DNA from: Pseudomonadota bacterium
Lineage (GTDB): Bacteria > Myxococcota > JACRCW01 > JAFGSX01
Direction of reading: 5' to 3'
Length of the DNA: 20,249 bases
Assembly: GCA_043821645.1 (NCBI GenBank)
Contig: JBDRCO010000055.1
Location: 1-20,249, forward strand
Of this stretch, positions 8,034-16,040 are shown piece by piece. A model generated the notes under the pieces. That model did not search any database. It saw only the letters and a list, made by a program, of their open reading frames with translations, and was not told the DNA's origin. Numbering within the stretch: position 1 is the first letter of the stretch; every line of letters begins with the position of its first letter. A program made the translations under genes and the position numbers.

Positions 8034-8549
8034 TCACTTGTAGCGTCGGTGGGCAGCCTTCTTGAGCTTCTCGATCCGCGCCACAGCCTCGCGAAAGCCG
8101 TCGATCTCGTCTCCGTGACTCGCCTCCCGCAACGACTCCAGGGCCCGAGCGAAGGCCGGGTAGAACGAGCTCCCCTTGTCTGGGTAGCCCATCATGCGCT
8201 CGCCCTGCGCGTGGAACCTGTCACCCAGCGCGAGCCCTGGCATCTCGCCCCTCCTGGCCAGCCGCTGCATGGCCTTCCAGGTGCGGCTCATGTCCTTCTT
8301 GAGCGCCTTGTAGCCCCCGCGCGAATCCTTCTGCGCCGACGCACGTGCCGCCCGGCCCCGGATCTTGAGGCGCACCACCCCATCTCGCTGCTTCAGGGAT
8401 ATCTGGACCTCGCGCAGTTCCTCGAGCCCGCGAGCCTCGTCGCCGAGGCGCAAAACTCCCGTCGCCAGGGCATCCGCGGTCTGGTGAAGCAGCACCGCGA
8501 CCTGATCCAGGGGGAGCTCGGCCTCGAGGCTCAGTCCAGTCGATCCCAT
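8034..8549 (-). CDS. GAK-system XXXCH-domain-like protein (amphi-Trp-like N-terminus, cytochrome c'-like helical C-terminus), Cys-less
   Basis: GGAGG 5 nt before ATG 8549. N-terminal LPLDQVAVLLHQTADALATGVLRL; middle GYKALKKDMSRTWKAM; C-terminus VARIEKLKKAAHRRYK, which I recall aligning with the family's ...xxxCHxxYK end. Confidence 0.7.
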   Translation of the reverse strand: MGSTGLSLEAELPLDQVAVLLHQTADALATGVLRLGDEARGLEELREVQISLKQRDGVVRLKIRGRAARASAQKDSRGGYKALKKDMSRTWKAMQRLARRGEMPGLALGDRFHAQGERMMGYPDKGSSFYPAFARALESLREASHGDEIDGFREAVARIEKLKKAAHRRYK

Positions 8550-8632
8550 CGCAACCTCCACCTGTTGAAGCTGCATTCATGTAGCGCACACCGCCGCGAG
8601 CATCAAACGCGCGGGTCGTGGCGTGACAGAAC

Positions 8633-8665
8633 CTGTGGCACGCGTTAACAGCGTGCGTTCCACAG
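8633..8665. promoter_or_regulatory. Imperfect palindrome between divergent genes (candidate operator)
   Basis: CTGTG-GCACGC-GTTAAC-A-GCGTGC-GTT-CCACAG: nested dyad centred on GTTAAC. Confidence 0.45.
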
Positions 8666-8710
8666 TCCCGAACTCCGTCGCGGCTGTTTTGGCCGCCGCT
8701 GGTGACCTGG

Positions 8711-10075
8711 ATGGACCCGCGTCTGCGCCGCCGCGCCCTCACCCTCTCCGTCGTCGACGGCATGTGCTACTCGGTGATGGTGGGTGTGAGCGAGAGCTAC
8801 CTGGGTGCGCTGGCGGTGGAGCTGGGTCACCGGGATACAGCGCTGGCCTTGCTGGTCACCGTGCCCATCCTCACCGGTGCCCTGGCCCAGCTCGGCACCG
8901 GCGTGCTGGTGGACTGGCTGGGCAGCCGGCGCCGCGTGGCCGTGGTCGGTGCTCTCGGCCAGGCCCTGTGCCACCTGGGCTTCCTGGCCATCGCCTGGAC
9001 AGGGCACAGTTCTCTGTGGTCGCTGCTGCTGGTCAAGGTGCTGTTCTGGATCTCGGGCTCGATCATCGCCCCGGCCTGGAATGCCTGGATGGGCAGCCTC
9101 ACCGAGGGCATCCGCCGCGAGCGCTACTTCGCCTGGCGGTCTGCTGCGGTGTACCTGGCCCTGCTGCTGTCGTATGTGGGCGCCGGCGTGCTGCTGGAGC
9201 ACGGTCGGCTGCACCATCGCCTGCTCGCAGCCTATGCCGTTCTTTACGTCGTGGCCCTGCTAGTTCGCGTGGCCAGCGCCACCGCCCTGGCCCTGCAAGC
9301 GGAACCTCCGCTGCCCTACCAGGAACGTGGTCGAACGCGCCAGCGACTGATCCTGGCCCTGCGCACCGCGCGCTGGCCGGTGGCCCTGTTCGTGGCCGCC
9401 ATGATGTTCGGCGTGCACATCTCGGCGCCGTACTTCACGCCGTACATCCTGCGCACTCTGGGCCAGGACTACACGACCTATGCCCTGCTCACCTCGGTCT
9501 CCATCCTCACCAAGACCCTGGTGTTCCCGCTCTACCACCGCATCGGCGAGAGGCTGGGTCTTCGCGCCACCCTCGTCATCGCCGGCATCGGCGTGGCACT
9601 GGTGCCCCTGTGGTGGTCCCTGATCACGAGCATCCCCACCCTGTTCGCGGTCGAGGCCCTGAGCGGCGTGGTATGGGCCGGTTTCGAGTTCGCCAGCTTC
9701 CAGCTCCTGCTGAGCAGCGCCGACGACGATTGCCGTGTCGAGTTCTTCTCGCTCGCCACCAGTCTGAGCGGGCTGATGCAGCTCCTGGGGTCGCTGGTGG
9801 GGAGCATGGCACTGTTGCACCTGGCCCTGAATTACACCGACGTGTTCATGCTGTCGTCGGCAGCACGGGCGGTGCCGCTGCTGCTGCTGCTGTCGCCCGC
9901 CGTGGTGGTGGCCATGCGAGGGCCCCTTCCCCGCATGTTCATGCGCGTGATCTCGGTGCGTGCGGTGGGCGGCGTGGAACAGCGTCCCATCCTGCACCAG
10001 CCAGTGGCTGGCGTACGCGTCGACGAGGCCGTCACACCCGCGGAGCATCCGCCAGGATCGCGCCCACCCGGGTGA
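8711..10075 (+). CDS. MFS transporter
   Basis: About 12 hydrophobic helices; motif-A-like GVLVDWLGSRRRV and HRIGERLGLR in the two halves; PAWNAWMGSL..IRRERYF. Start ATG 8711 or GTG 8702. Confidence 0.88.
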   Translation: MDPRLRRRALTLSVVDGMCYSVMVGVSESYLGALAVELGHRDTALALLVTVPILTGALAQLGTGVLVDWLGSRRRVAVVGALGQALCHLGFLAIAWTGHSSLWSLLLVKVLFWISGSIIAPAWNAWMGSLTEGIRRERYFAWRSAAVYLALLLSYVGAGVLLEHGRLHHRLLAAYAVLYVVALLVRVASATALALQAEPPLPYQERGRTRQRLILALRTARWPVALFVAAMMFGVHISAPYFTPYILRTLGQDYTTYALLTSVSILTKTLVFPLYHRIGERLGLRATLVIAGIGVALVPLWWSLITSIPTLFAVEALSGVVWAGFEFASFQLLLSSADDDCRVEFFSLATSLSGLMQLLGSLVGSMALLHLALNYTDVFMLSSAARAVPLLLLLSPAVVVAMRGPLPRMFMRVISVRAVGGVEQRPILHQPVAGVRVDEAVTPAEHPPGSRPPG

Positions 10076-10409
10076 GCATCCAAGGACGACGTGCCGCCCC
10101 CCCGGGCGCTGGAGATCGTGGACGCCGACGAGAGCCTGCTGGCCAGGACTACCCAGACCGTGGAAGAGCCTCCTCGACCCGAGTCCGCCCCGTGATCCCA
10201 TGCTGCGAACTGCGCCAGATACACTCACCTCACGAAGCTCATCATCGACCACAGCTTTCGCCGCGTCGACCTGTGTCGTTTGATCCAGGTCTCCTTCGAT
10301 GCGCGGCACCATGGCGAGAGCGCCGCTGTCTGAGTTTTGATCACCGCCGCGAACCCGCTAGGCTGCAGCCCGGTGCGATCGCCACCGCGCGATCACGGAG
10401 GGTGACGGC

Positions 10410-12382
10410 GTGGAACTCACACGGATCCACATCGAGGGTACGCGCTTCGTCGACGAGGCTGGTCGTACAGTGATCCTGCGCGGGGTCAACCTGGGTGGTG
10501 ACTGCAAGTTCCCCTTCCCCGACGGCGGCTCCCACGTGCCTTCGGACTTTGCCGATCACCGCAGCGTCTCCTTCGTGGGCCGGCCCTTTCCCCTCGACCA
10601 GGCCGACCAGCATCTGGCCAGGCTGCGCCACTGGGGTTTCAACTGCCTTCGCCTGCTCACCACCTGGGAGGCCATCGAGCACGCCGGCCCCGGAATGCTT
10701 GATGAGGAGTACCTGGACTACTACGCCGAGATCTGTCGCCGCGCTGGCGAGCACGGCCTGTACGTCTTCGTCGACATGCACCAGGACGTGTTCAGCCGCA
10801 TGACCGGTGGCGACGGCGCGCCGGGCTGGGCGCTCGAGACCGTGGGCCTGGACCTGTCGAGGACAGGCCCGGCCGACGCGGCCATCGTGATGCAGCATCG
10901 CTACGACTTCGACGATCCACGCCCGCGCCAGCCCGAGCGCTACCCGCTCATGTGCTGGTCGCAGAACTACCTCGGACCCGCCAATGGCGTGCTGTGGACC
11001 CTGTTCTTTGCCGGCCGGGACTTCGCCAAGAACTTCGTCGTCGACGGCCAGAACATCCAGGACTACCTGCAGGGTCACTACCTGGCCTGCCAGCGCGCGG
11101 TGGCCGAGCGTGTGCGCGAGCTGCCCAATGTGCTGGGCTTCGACACCCTCAACGAACCCGGCATGGGCTTCATTGGCCTTGGCATGCAAGAGCGCCGCGG
11201 CATCCGGCGCCCCGGTGAGCTGACCCTTCCTGGTCTGGCCTGGTCGCCCCTGGACGCCCTGTTCGCCATGGATGGCCACGGGGTCGAGCTGCCCTTCTAC
11301 GAGATTGTGATCCTGCGCGGCGGCTGCGTCGAGACCATGCGCCGCACTGCCAACCCCACAGCCCTTCGCGTGTGGCGGGAGGGCGCCCGGGATCCCTTCG
11401 CCGCCGAGGGGGCCTGGTGCCTGGACCATCAGGGTCAGCCCGTGGCCCTGGTCCCGGACTTCTTCAAGAAGGTGCACGGCCGCGAGGTGAGCTTCGAGCA
11501 GGACTACCTGCTGCCCTTCGTGCACCGGGTCGCAGACAACGTGCGCCAGGTCAACCCGGACTGGATCATCTTCTTCGAGAAGGACGGCAACACCACCTTT
11601 GCCGATCCCTCCTTTCCCGACGGGGTGCCGGCCAACGCCGCCTACGCGCCCCACTGGTACGACCTGATGACGCTGATGCTCAAGCGCTTCGTCAGCGTCG
11701 GTTCCTTCGACGCCGTGCGCAACCGACCTGTCCTGGGCTCCCGGGGCATCCTCGACATGTACATCCACCAGATCGGCCTGTTGCAGCGCACCGCCAGCTG
11801 GATGAAGCGCAGCGTGCCCACGCTCATCGGCGAGTTTGGCATCCCCTTCGACCTCGACGAGGGCGCGGCCTACGTCGCCTGGGCCCAGGGAGACCGCAGC
11901 GACAAGCCCTGGCGTCCCCACATCCGCGCCCTCGAGCTGACCTACAACGCGCTGGATGCCCTGCTGCTGTCGAGCACGCAGTGGAACTACACGGCCAGCA
12001 ATCGCAACGACCCGCGCATCGGTGACGGCTGGAACCAGGAGGACCTGAGCCTGTTCTCCCTCGACCAGCAGACCGACGCCGCAGACCCGGACAGCGGCGG
12101 CCGCGCCCTCGATGGCGTGGTGCGGCCCTACGCGCGCTTCGTGCAGGGCCTGCCCACGCGCATGCTGTTCGAGCGCGACAAGGGGATCTTCACCCTCGAG
12201 TACCAGGCCGACCCCAGCATCGAGGCCCCCCCACCGAGATCTTCGTACCCCGCCGCCAGTTCCCGTCCGGCTTCAGCGTCGACGTGAGCGAGGCCGATCT
12301 CGAGGCGCTGCCCGCGCGCCAGCTGGTGCACGTGCGCGCTCGTCAGCCCGGCCAGGTGCGGGTGATCATCCGCCGGCGTTAA
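10410..12382 (+). CDS. GH5 glycosidase, endoglycoceramidase-related (EGCrP/Egh1-like steryl-/ceramide-glucosidase), with a frameshift at 12226-12232 in the C-terminal beta-sandwich
   Basis: GGAGG 8 nt before GTG 10410. LRGVNLGG.CK.P, SFVGRPFPL, TWEAIEHAGPG, DMHQDVFSR..GGDGAPGW, acid/base NEP and nucleophile IGEFG. As read, the ORF stops at 12287, but the conserved TEIFVP... tail continues in another frame to TAA 12380-12382. Confidence 0.88.
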
Positions 12383-12407
12383 AGCAGAGGGTCGGCCCCA
12401 GACCCGT

Positions 12408-14147
12408 TCAGGGCAAGCTCTCGACCGCGTCGAACACGACGAGGTCGCCGATCATGGAGCGGTGCTGCACGTAGACCCAGTCGGCACTGCGCGCGACCTT
12501 GTCGATGCGTACCTCGTCGAGCACGCCGTGAAACGGGAAGGCCGAGCCGGTGCTGCCTGCCCAGCGGGCGCCCAGGGCGACGTCGACATCCTGGTGCACC
12601 GGGATACCGGAGGCGCCAGACTGCATCGAGAACGGGCGTGCGTTGTTCCCCGTGAAGAAGGCCGCCGGTGTACCGCTGGCATTCACCACCACGGTCACCA
12701 GGCGCCAGGTCGGGCGCGGGAAGGTTCCCGTGGTCGACCACAGGTTCTGGGCGTTGCTGGCCGTCGCCCACAGGAAGTCGATGCTGTGTTCACCGTTGTT
12801 GGTGTTTTCCCCGATCTGCAACTGCCACTGCACGGCGCTGTCCCGACGCCGGCCGATGAGTGTCCCCGTCGGACCGTCGGCGTAGATCCACGCCGACAGC
12901 GTCATGGGCCCGCCGACGATGTCGAGCGCGTGCCCGGCGCCGGCCGAGCCCTCGATGGCGATGATGTCATTGCTGCCGTCGAGTTGCAGGCCGCGACCGA
13001 TGCGGCCATCGACGCTGGCATTGGCCGCCATGTTGAGGCAGGTGCCGTGCGCTCCGGTCGACGATGAGTCGCGCACGGAGCCGGCCCCGGCCGTGGGATC
13101 GGCGTCCATGTGCCACACCCCCACATAGCCGTTGCTCCACACGTCGCTGGCACGCTGGCGATCGGCGGCTGTGGGGTTGTCGTAGTACATCCAGATCCAT
13201 GCGGTCGTGCTGTTTGCCAGGAGCTGCGGCACGCGCACCCAGACCACGGACTGCCCGGCCTCGTCCCAGCGCTCGATCTCGTGGGCGAGCGGGCCCGTGC
13301 CGTCGGGCAGGGTGAAGCGGAGGTCTTGCCCCCGGTCCTGCGCCTTGCCGTAGTCGATGCGCGCGGGCGCCAGCAGCACCAGGACTGGCACGTCGTTGTG
13401 CTCCTGTGAAGAACCTGTCGTGTCGAGCACGAGCTTGCGGCGCGTACGCCAGGCCGGATCCCACCAGTCCGGCGGGACGGTGCTGCTGTCGCCGATGGAT
13501 GCGTCGGTGCTGTCCGGGGATGCCGCGTCCGGGGTGGCCTGGTCCGCGGCTCCCGCATCGGCGGCCGCTGTGTCGCCGGTGCCCGTGTCCGCCGGTCCGA
13601 GGTCTCCACTGTTCAGGTCCGCAGGGCCTGACTCCGAGGCCCCCACATCCCCGCTGGACGCATCCGGTCCAACCTGATCGCCATGCGTGACGTCGAACAG
13701 GGAGGGCTGGTCCAGAGCCTGAGCATCGCTCGCCACGGCATCCGTCGCAGCGCCGTCCCGCAGTGCCCCGTCCTGACCTGACCTGTCGTCCAGCGTGCTG
13801 TCCACCGGAACGGCCCCGTCCGCCTCGTGGTCTGCGGGCCAGGCATCCGGGGTGGAAGCGTCCGAAAAAGGGCCATCGAGCTGCGGGCGGTCGCTCATGG
13901 GGTGGTCGAGGCCGGGGCCATCTAGGGTGATGGCTCCTGTGTCCAGGTGAGTCGCGGCGGCGTCGATGCCCGCTGCGGCGCGGACACACTCACCGTCCAC
14001 GCAGCGGTAGCCCGTCACGCAGTGCTCGGGCTGCGAGCAGGCAAATCCGAGCTGTCCGGGATCGAGGGCGGTGGCCGGGCAGCCCAACCCGGCGAGGAGC
14101 AGGCTGGAGTTGAACAGCAGGCGCACCGAGGCGAGGTGTGGCGACAT
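12408..14147 (-). CDS. Surface (lipo)protein: Cys-rich motif, Asp-periodic stalk, DUF2341 and LamG/concanavalin-A-like domain
   Basis: Possible lipobox LLLAGLGC; CSQPEHCVTGYRCVDGEC; WWDPAWRTRRKL, GQDLRF, LAHEIERWD, VVWVRVP and IWMYYDNP (DUF2341); VWHMD, GRIGRGLQLDG, MTLSAWI and FHGVLDEVRIDKVARSADWV (LamG). Start uncertain (14126, 14147 or 14168). Confidence 0.85.
   Translation of the reverse strand: MSPHLASVRLLFNSSLLLAGLGCPATALDPGQLGFACSQPEHCVTGYRCVDGECVRAAAGIDAAATHLDTGAITLDGPGLDHPMSDRPQLDGPFSDASTPDAWPADHEADGAVPVDSTLDDRSGQDGALRDGAATDAVASDAQALDQPSLFDVTHGDQVGPDASSGDVGASESGPADLNSGDLGPADTGTGDTAAADAGAADQATPDAASPDSTDASIGDSSTVPPDWWDPAWRTRRKLVLDTTGSSQEHNDVPVLVLLAPARIDYGKAQDRGQDLRFTLPDGTGPLAHEIERWDEAGQSVVWVRVPQLLANSTTAWIWMYYDNPTAADRQRASDVWSNGYVGVWHMDADPTAGAGSVRDSSSTGAHGTCLNMAANASVDGRIGRGLQLDGSNDIIAIEGSAGAGHALDIVGGPMTLSAWIYADGPTGTLIGRRRDSAVQWQLQIGENTNNGEHSIDFLWATASNAQNLWSTTGTFPRPTWRLVTVVVNASGTPAAFFTGNNARPFSMQSGASGIPVHQDVDVALGARWAGSTGSAFPFHGVLDEVRIDKVARSADWVYVQHRSMIGDLVVFDAVESLP
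13470..13964 (-). repeat. About 30 degenerate D-x-x-x-x pentapeptide units (protein-level repeat)
   Basis: DGPGL DHPMS DRPQL DGPFS DASTP DAWPA ... DRSGQ DGALR DGAAT DAVAS DAQAL ... DLNSG DLGPA DTGTG DTAAA DAGAA DQATP DAASP. Confidence 0.8.
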
Positions 14148-14272
14148 CTCCTTCGAATTATACGCCATTCGGCCGGGGGCAGGTGGTGGCAGGTTCGGAC
14201 TGCCAGGCCCTGATCCGCGTTTCGACATCAATCGAATATGTATTTGTTATTAAAAGATTAAAACGAAAATTG

Positions 14273-14300
14273 TTGACCATATGACCAATTGGGGTAATTT
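14273..14300 (+). promoter_or_regulatory. Sigma-70-type promoter for the tetR operon
   Basis: -35 TTGACC (14273-14278), 16-bp spacer, -10 TAATTT (14295-14300), preceded by an A/T-rich UP-element-like tract (about 14235-14272) in an otherwise GC-rich window. Confidence 0.6.
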
Positions 14301-14306
14301 GGTCAT
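14281..14306. promoter_or_regulatory. Candidate TetR operator
   Basis: Perfect 8-bp inverted repeat ATGACCAA-N10-TTGGTCAT overlapping the -10 element; extra half-site TGACCA at 14274-14279. Confidence 0.72.
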
Positions 14307-14307
14307 T

Positions 14308-15126
14308 ATGGCAATCAAGGACGACCAGCTGGCCCAGCGCGCCCTCGCCTACTTCAAGCAGGTGCAGGGTGCCCGGATGCCGGCCAACATCGGCCTCGAC
14401 GAGGTGCGCGCCCTCATCGATCAGCTCACGGTCAGCACAGACCCGGAGCGCAAGGAGCTTCAGATCGAGCAGCTCATCGAGGTCATGCGCTCCTTCGTCC
14501 CGGATGAGGACGAACGCGATCCCAAGGTGCGCAAGCGGCGCCGCATCGTGCAGGCTGCCACCGAGCTGTTCGTCAAGAACGGCTACCGCAAGACCAGCAT
14601 CGACGACGTGGCGCGCCGGGCGCACGTGGCCAAGGGCACGGTCTACCTGTACTTCAAGAACAAGCCCGCCCTGCTCATGCAGGCCATCACCGACGAGAAG
14701 ATGCGCATGGCCGAGGCCATGCAGCGGTCCCTCGGCGCTCCGATGGCCCCGCGCGAGAAGCTGCGCGCCTGGCTCGACGTCTACTTCAAGAGCCTGCAGC
14801 AGATGCCCCTGGTCGCCCGTATGATTGGTGGCGATCGCGAGGTGTTGCTGGCCCTGGAAGAGATCGACGACGCCTTCCAGCTGGACACCATGGCCATACA
14901 GCACGACTTCGTGGCGCGCATGATCGAGGCGGCGGCGTCGCCACAGCGGCTACCCGAGGAGCAGCTGCAGGGGCGCGCCCGGGTGCTGCTGGCGCAGCTG
15001 TACTCCGCGGGCGCCCTCTTCGACGAGCGCGTGCGCGGTGGCCTCGACGTCGAGCGCTACGGGCAACTGCTGGTCGACGTGCTCATCGATGGGGTGGTCG
15101 GACCTTCGAAGGAGCACATGTCATGA
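14308..15126 (+). CDS. TetR/AcrR family transcriptional regulator with N-terminal extension
   Basis: HTH RRRIVQAATELFVKNGYRKTSIDDVARRAHVAKGTVYLYFKNKPALL. GC3-rich codons begin at ATG 14308, whereas ATG 14281 lies inside the operator. Confidence 0.92.
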   Translation: MAIKDDQLAQRALAYFKQVQGARMPANIGLDEVRALIDQLTVSTDPERKELQIEQLIEVMRSFVPDEDERDPKVRKRRRIVQAATELFVKNGYRKTSIDDVARRAHVAKGTVYLYFKNKPALLMQAITDEKMRMAEAMQRSLGAPMAPREKLRAWLDVYFKSLQQMPLVARMIGGDREVLLALEEIDDAFQLDTMAIQHDFVARMIEAAASPQRLPEEQLQGRARVLLAQLYSAGALFDERVRGGLDVERYGQLLVDVLIDGVVGPSKEHMS

Positions 15127-15224
15127 GCGCATTCTCACAGCACAGGGGGTTTCAGGTGAGAACTCCTGTGGCGCAAGGTCGAGGACAGAAGCGATCACGT
15201 CAGCTTTCGTCAGGAGGTGCTGCC

Positions 15225-16010
15225 ATGGAGCGTCTGGACATGCCGCGGACCCGGGCCCTGATCGTCGCCATCCTTCTCGGCGGGTCGCTGCTGACCGAGA
15301 CCGAGGCGCAGGCGGCCGCAGCCCAGGAGCCGACCATCGAGGAACTGCTTCGCACGCAGGACGATGCCACCCGCGGCGCGTCGAGCGAGGGCACCATGAC
15401 CATGAAGGTCAAGACCGCGCGCTGGGAGCGGGCCCTGACCATGAAGATGTGGAGCGAGGGCACCGAGAAGACCCTGATTCGCATCGAGGCGCCGGCCAAG
15501 GAGAAGGGCACCTCGACCCTCAAGGTCGAGGACAACATCTGGAACTACCTGCCCAAGGTGGACCGCACCATCAAGGTGCCGGCGTCCATGATGAGCGGCG
15601 CCTGGATGGGCAGCCACTTCACCAACGACGACCTGGTGCGCGAGTCGCGCTACAGCGAGGACTTCACTTGCGCCTTCGAGAAGAAGCCCGATGGCAAGTC
15701 GCAGACCCACTGGGTCATCGCCTGCACCCCCAAGCCCGACGCGCCCGTGGTCTGGGGCAAGATCGTCATGCACGTGCGCGCCGAGGACAGGCTGGCCGAC
15801 AGGGTGGACTATCTCGACGAGAAGGGCGCGCTTGTGCGCACCATCACCTTCAGCGACTTTGGCGAGGTCAGCGGCCGCCGCATGGCCAAGCACATGAAGA
15901 TGGTGCCCGCGGACAAGCCGGACGAGTACACCGAGATGACCTACGACAGCATCGCCTTCGACGTGAAGCTGCCACCGTCGACCTTCACCCTGCAGGCGCT
16001 GAAGCGCTAG
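15225..16010 (+). CDS. LolA-like 'outer membrane lipoprotein-sorting protein'
   Basis: AGGAGG 7 nt before ATG 15225; signal peptide ending AQA; P..EKGT..LK, IWNYLPKVDRTIK and WMGSHFTNDDL motifs typical of the LolA_like family. Confidence 0.88.
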   Translation: MERLDMPRTRALIVAILLGGSLLTETEAQAAAAQEPTIEELLRTQDDATRGASSEGTMTMKVKTARWERALTMKMWSEGTEKTLIRIEAPAKEKGTSTLKVEDNIWNYLPKVDRTIKVPASMMSGAWMGSHFTNDDLVRESRYSEDFTCAFEKKPDGKSQTHWVIACTPKPDAPVVWGKIVMHVRAEDRLADRVDYLDEKGALVRTITFSDFGEVSGRRMAKHMKMVPADKPDEYTEMTYDSIAFDVKLPPSTFTLQALKR

Positions 16011-16040
16011 CGACGCGGACACCCTGGCGCGGAGGTCCCC

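Noticed and set aside
8636..8652. TGGCACG as a sigma-54 -24 element
   Set aside because: The downstream GC is 2 nt off the required GG-N10-GC spacing.
10073..10075. Selenocysteine read-through of the MFS TGA
   Set aside because: Lies in a disordered tail with no redox motif and no recognisable SECIS.
8623..11921. ORFs 8623-10473, 9260-10312 and 10341-11921
   Set aside because: Off-frame or antisense to the MFS and GH5 genes; Arg/Pro/Gly-rich shadow composition.
13470..13964. CRISPR array or DNA tandem repeat
   Set aside because: The periodicity is at protein level only; there are no identical DNA repeats with spacers and no cas genes.
14221..14310. AT-rich patch as a horizontally acquired island or replication origin
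   Set aside because: Only about 90 bp and fully explained by promoter/operator; no DnaA boxes, integrase or IS ends seen.
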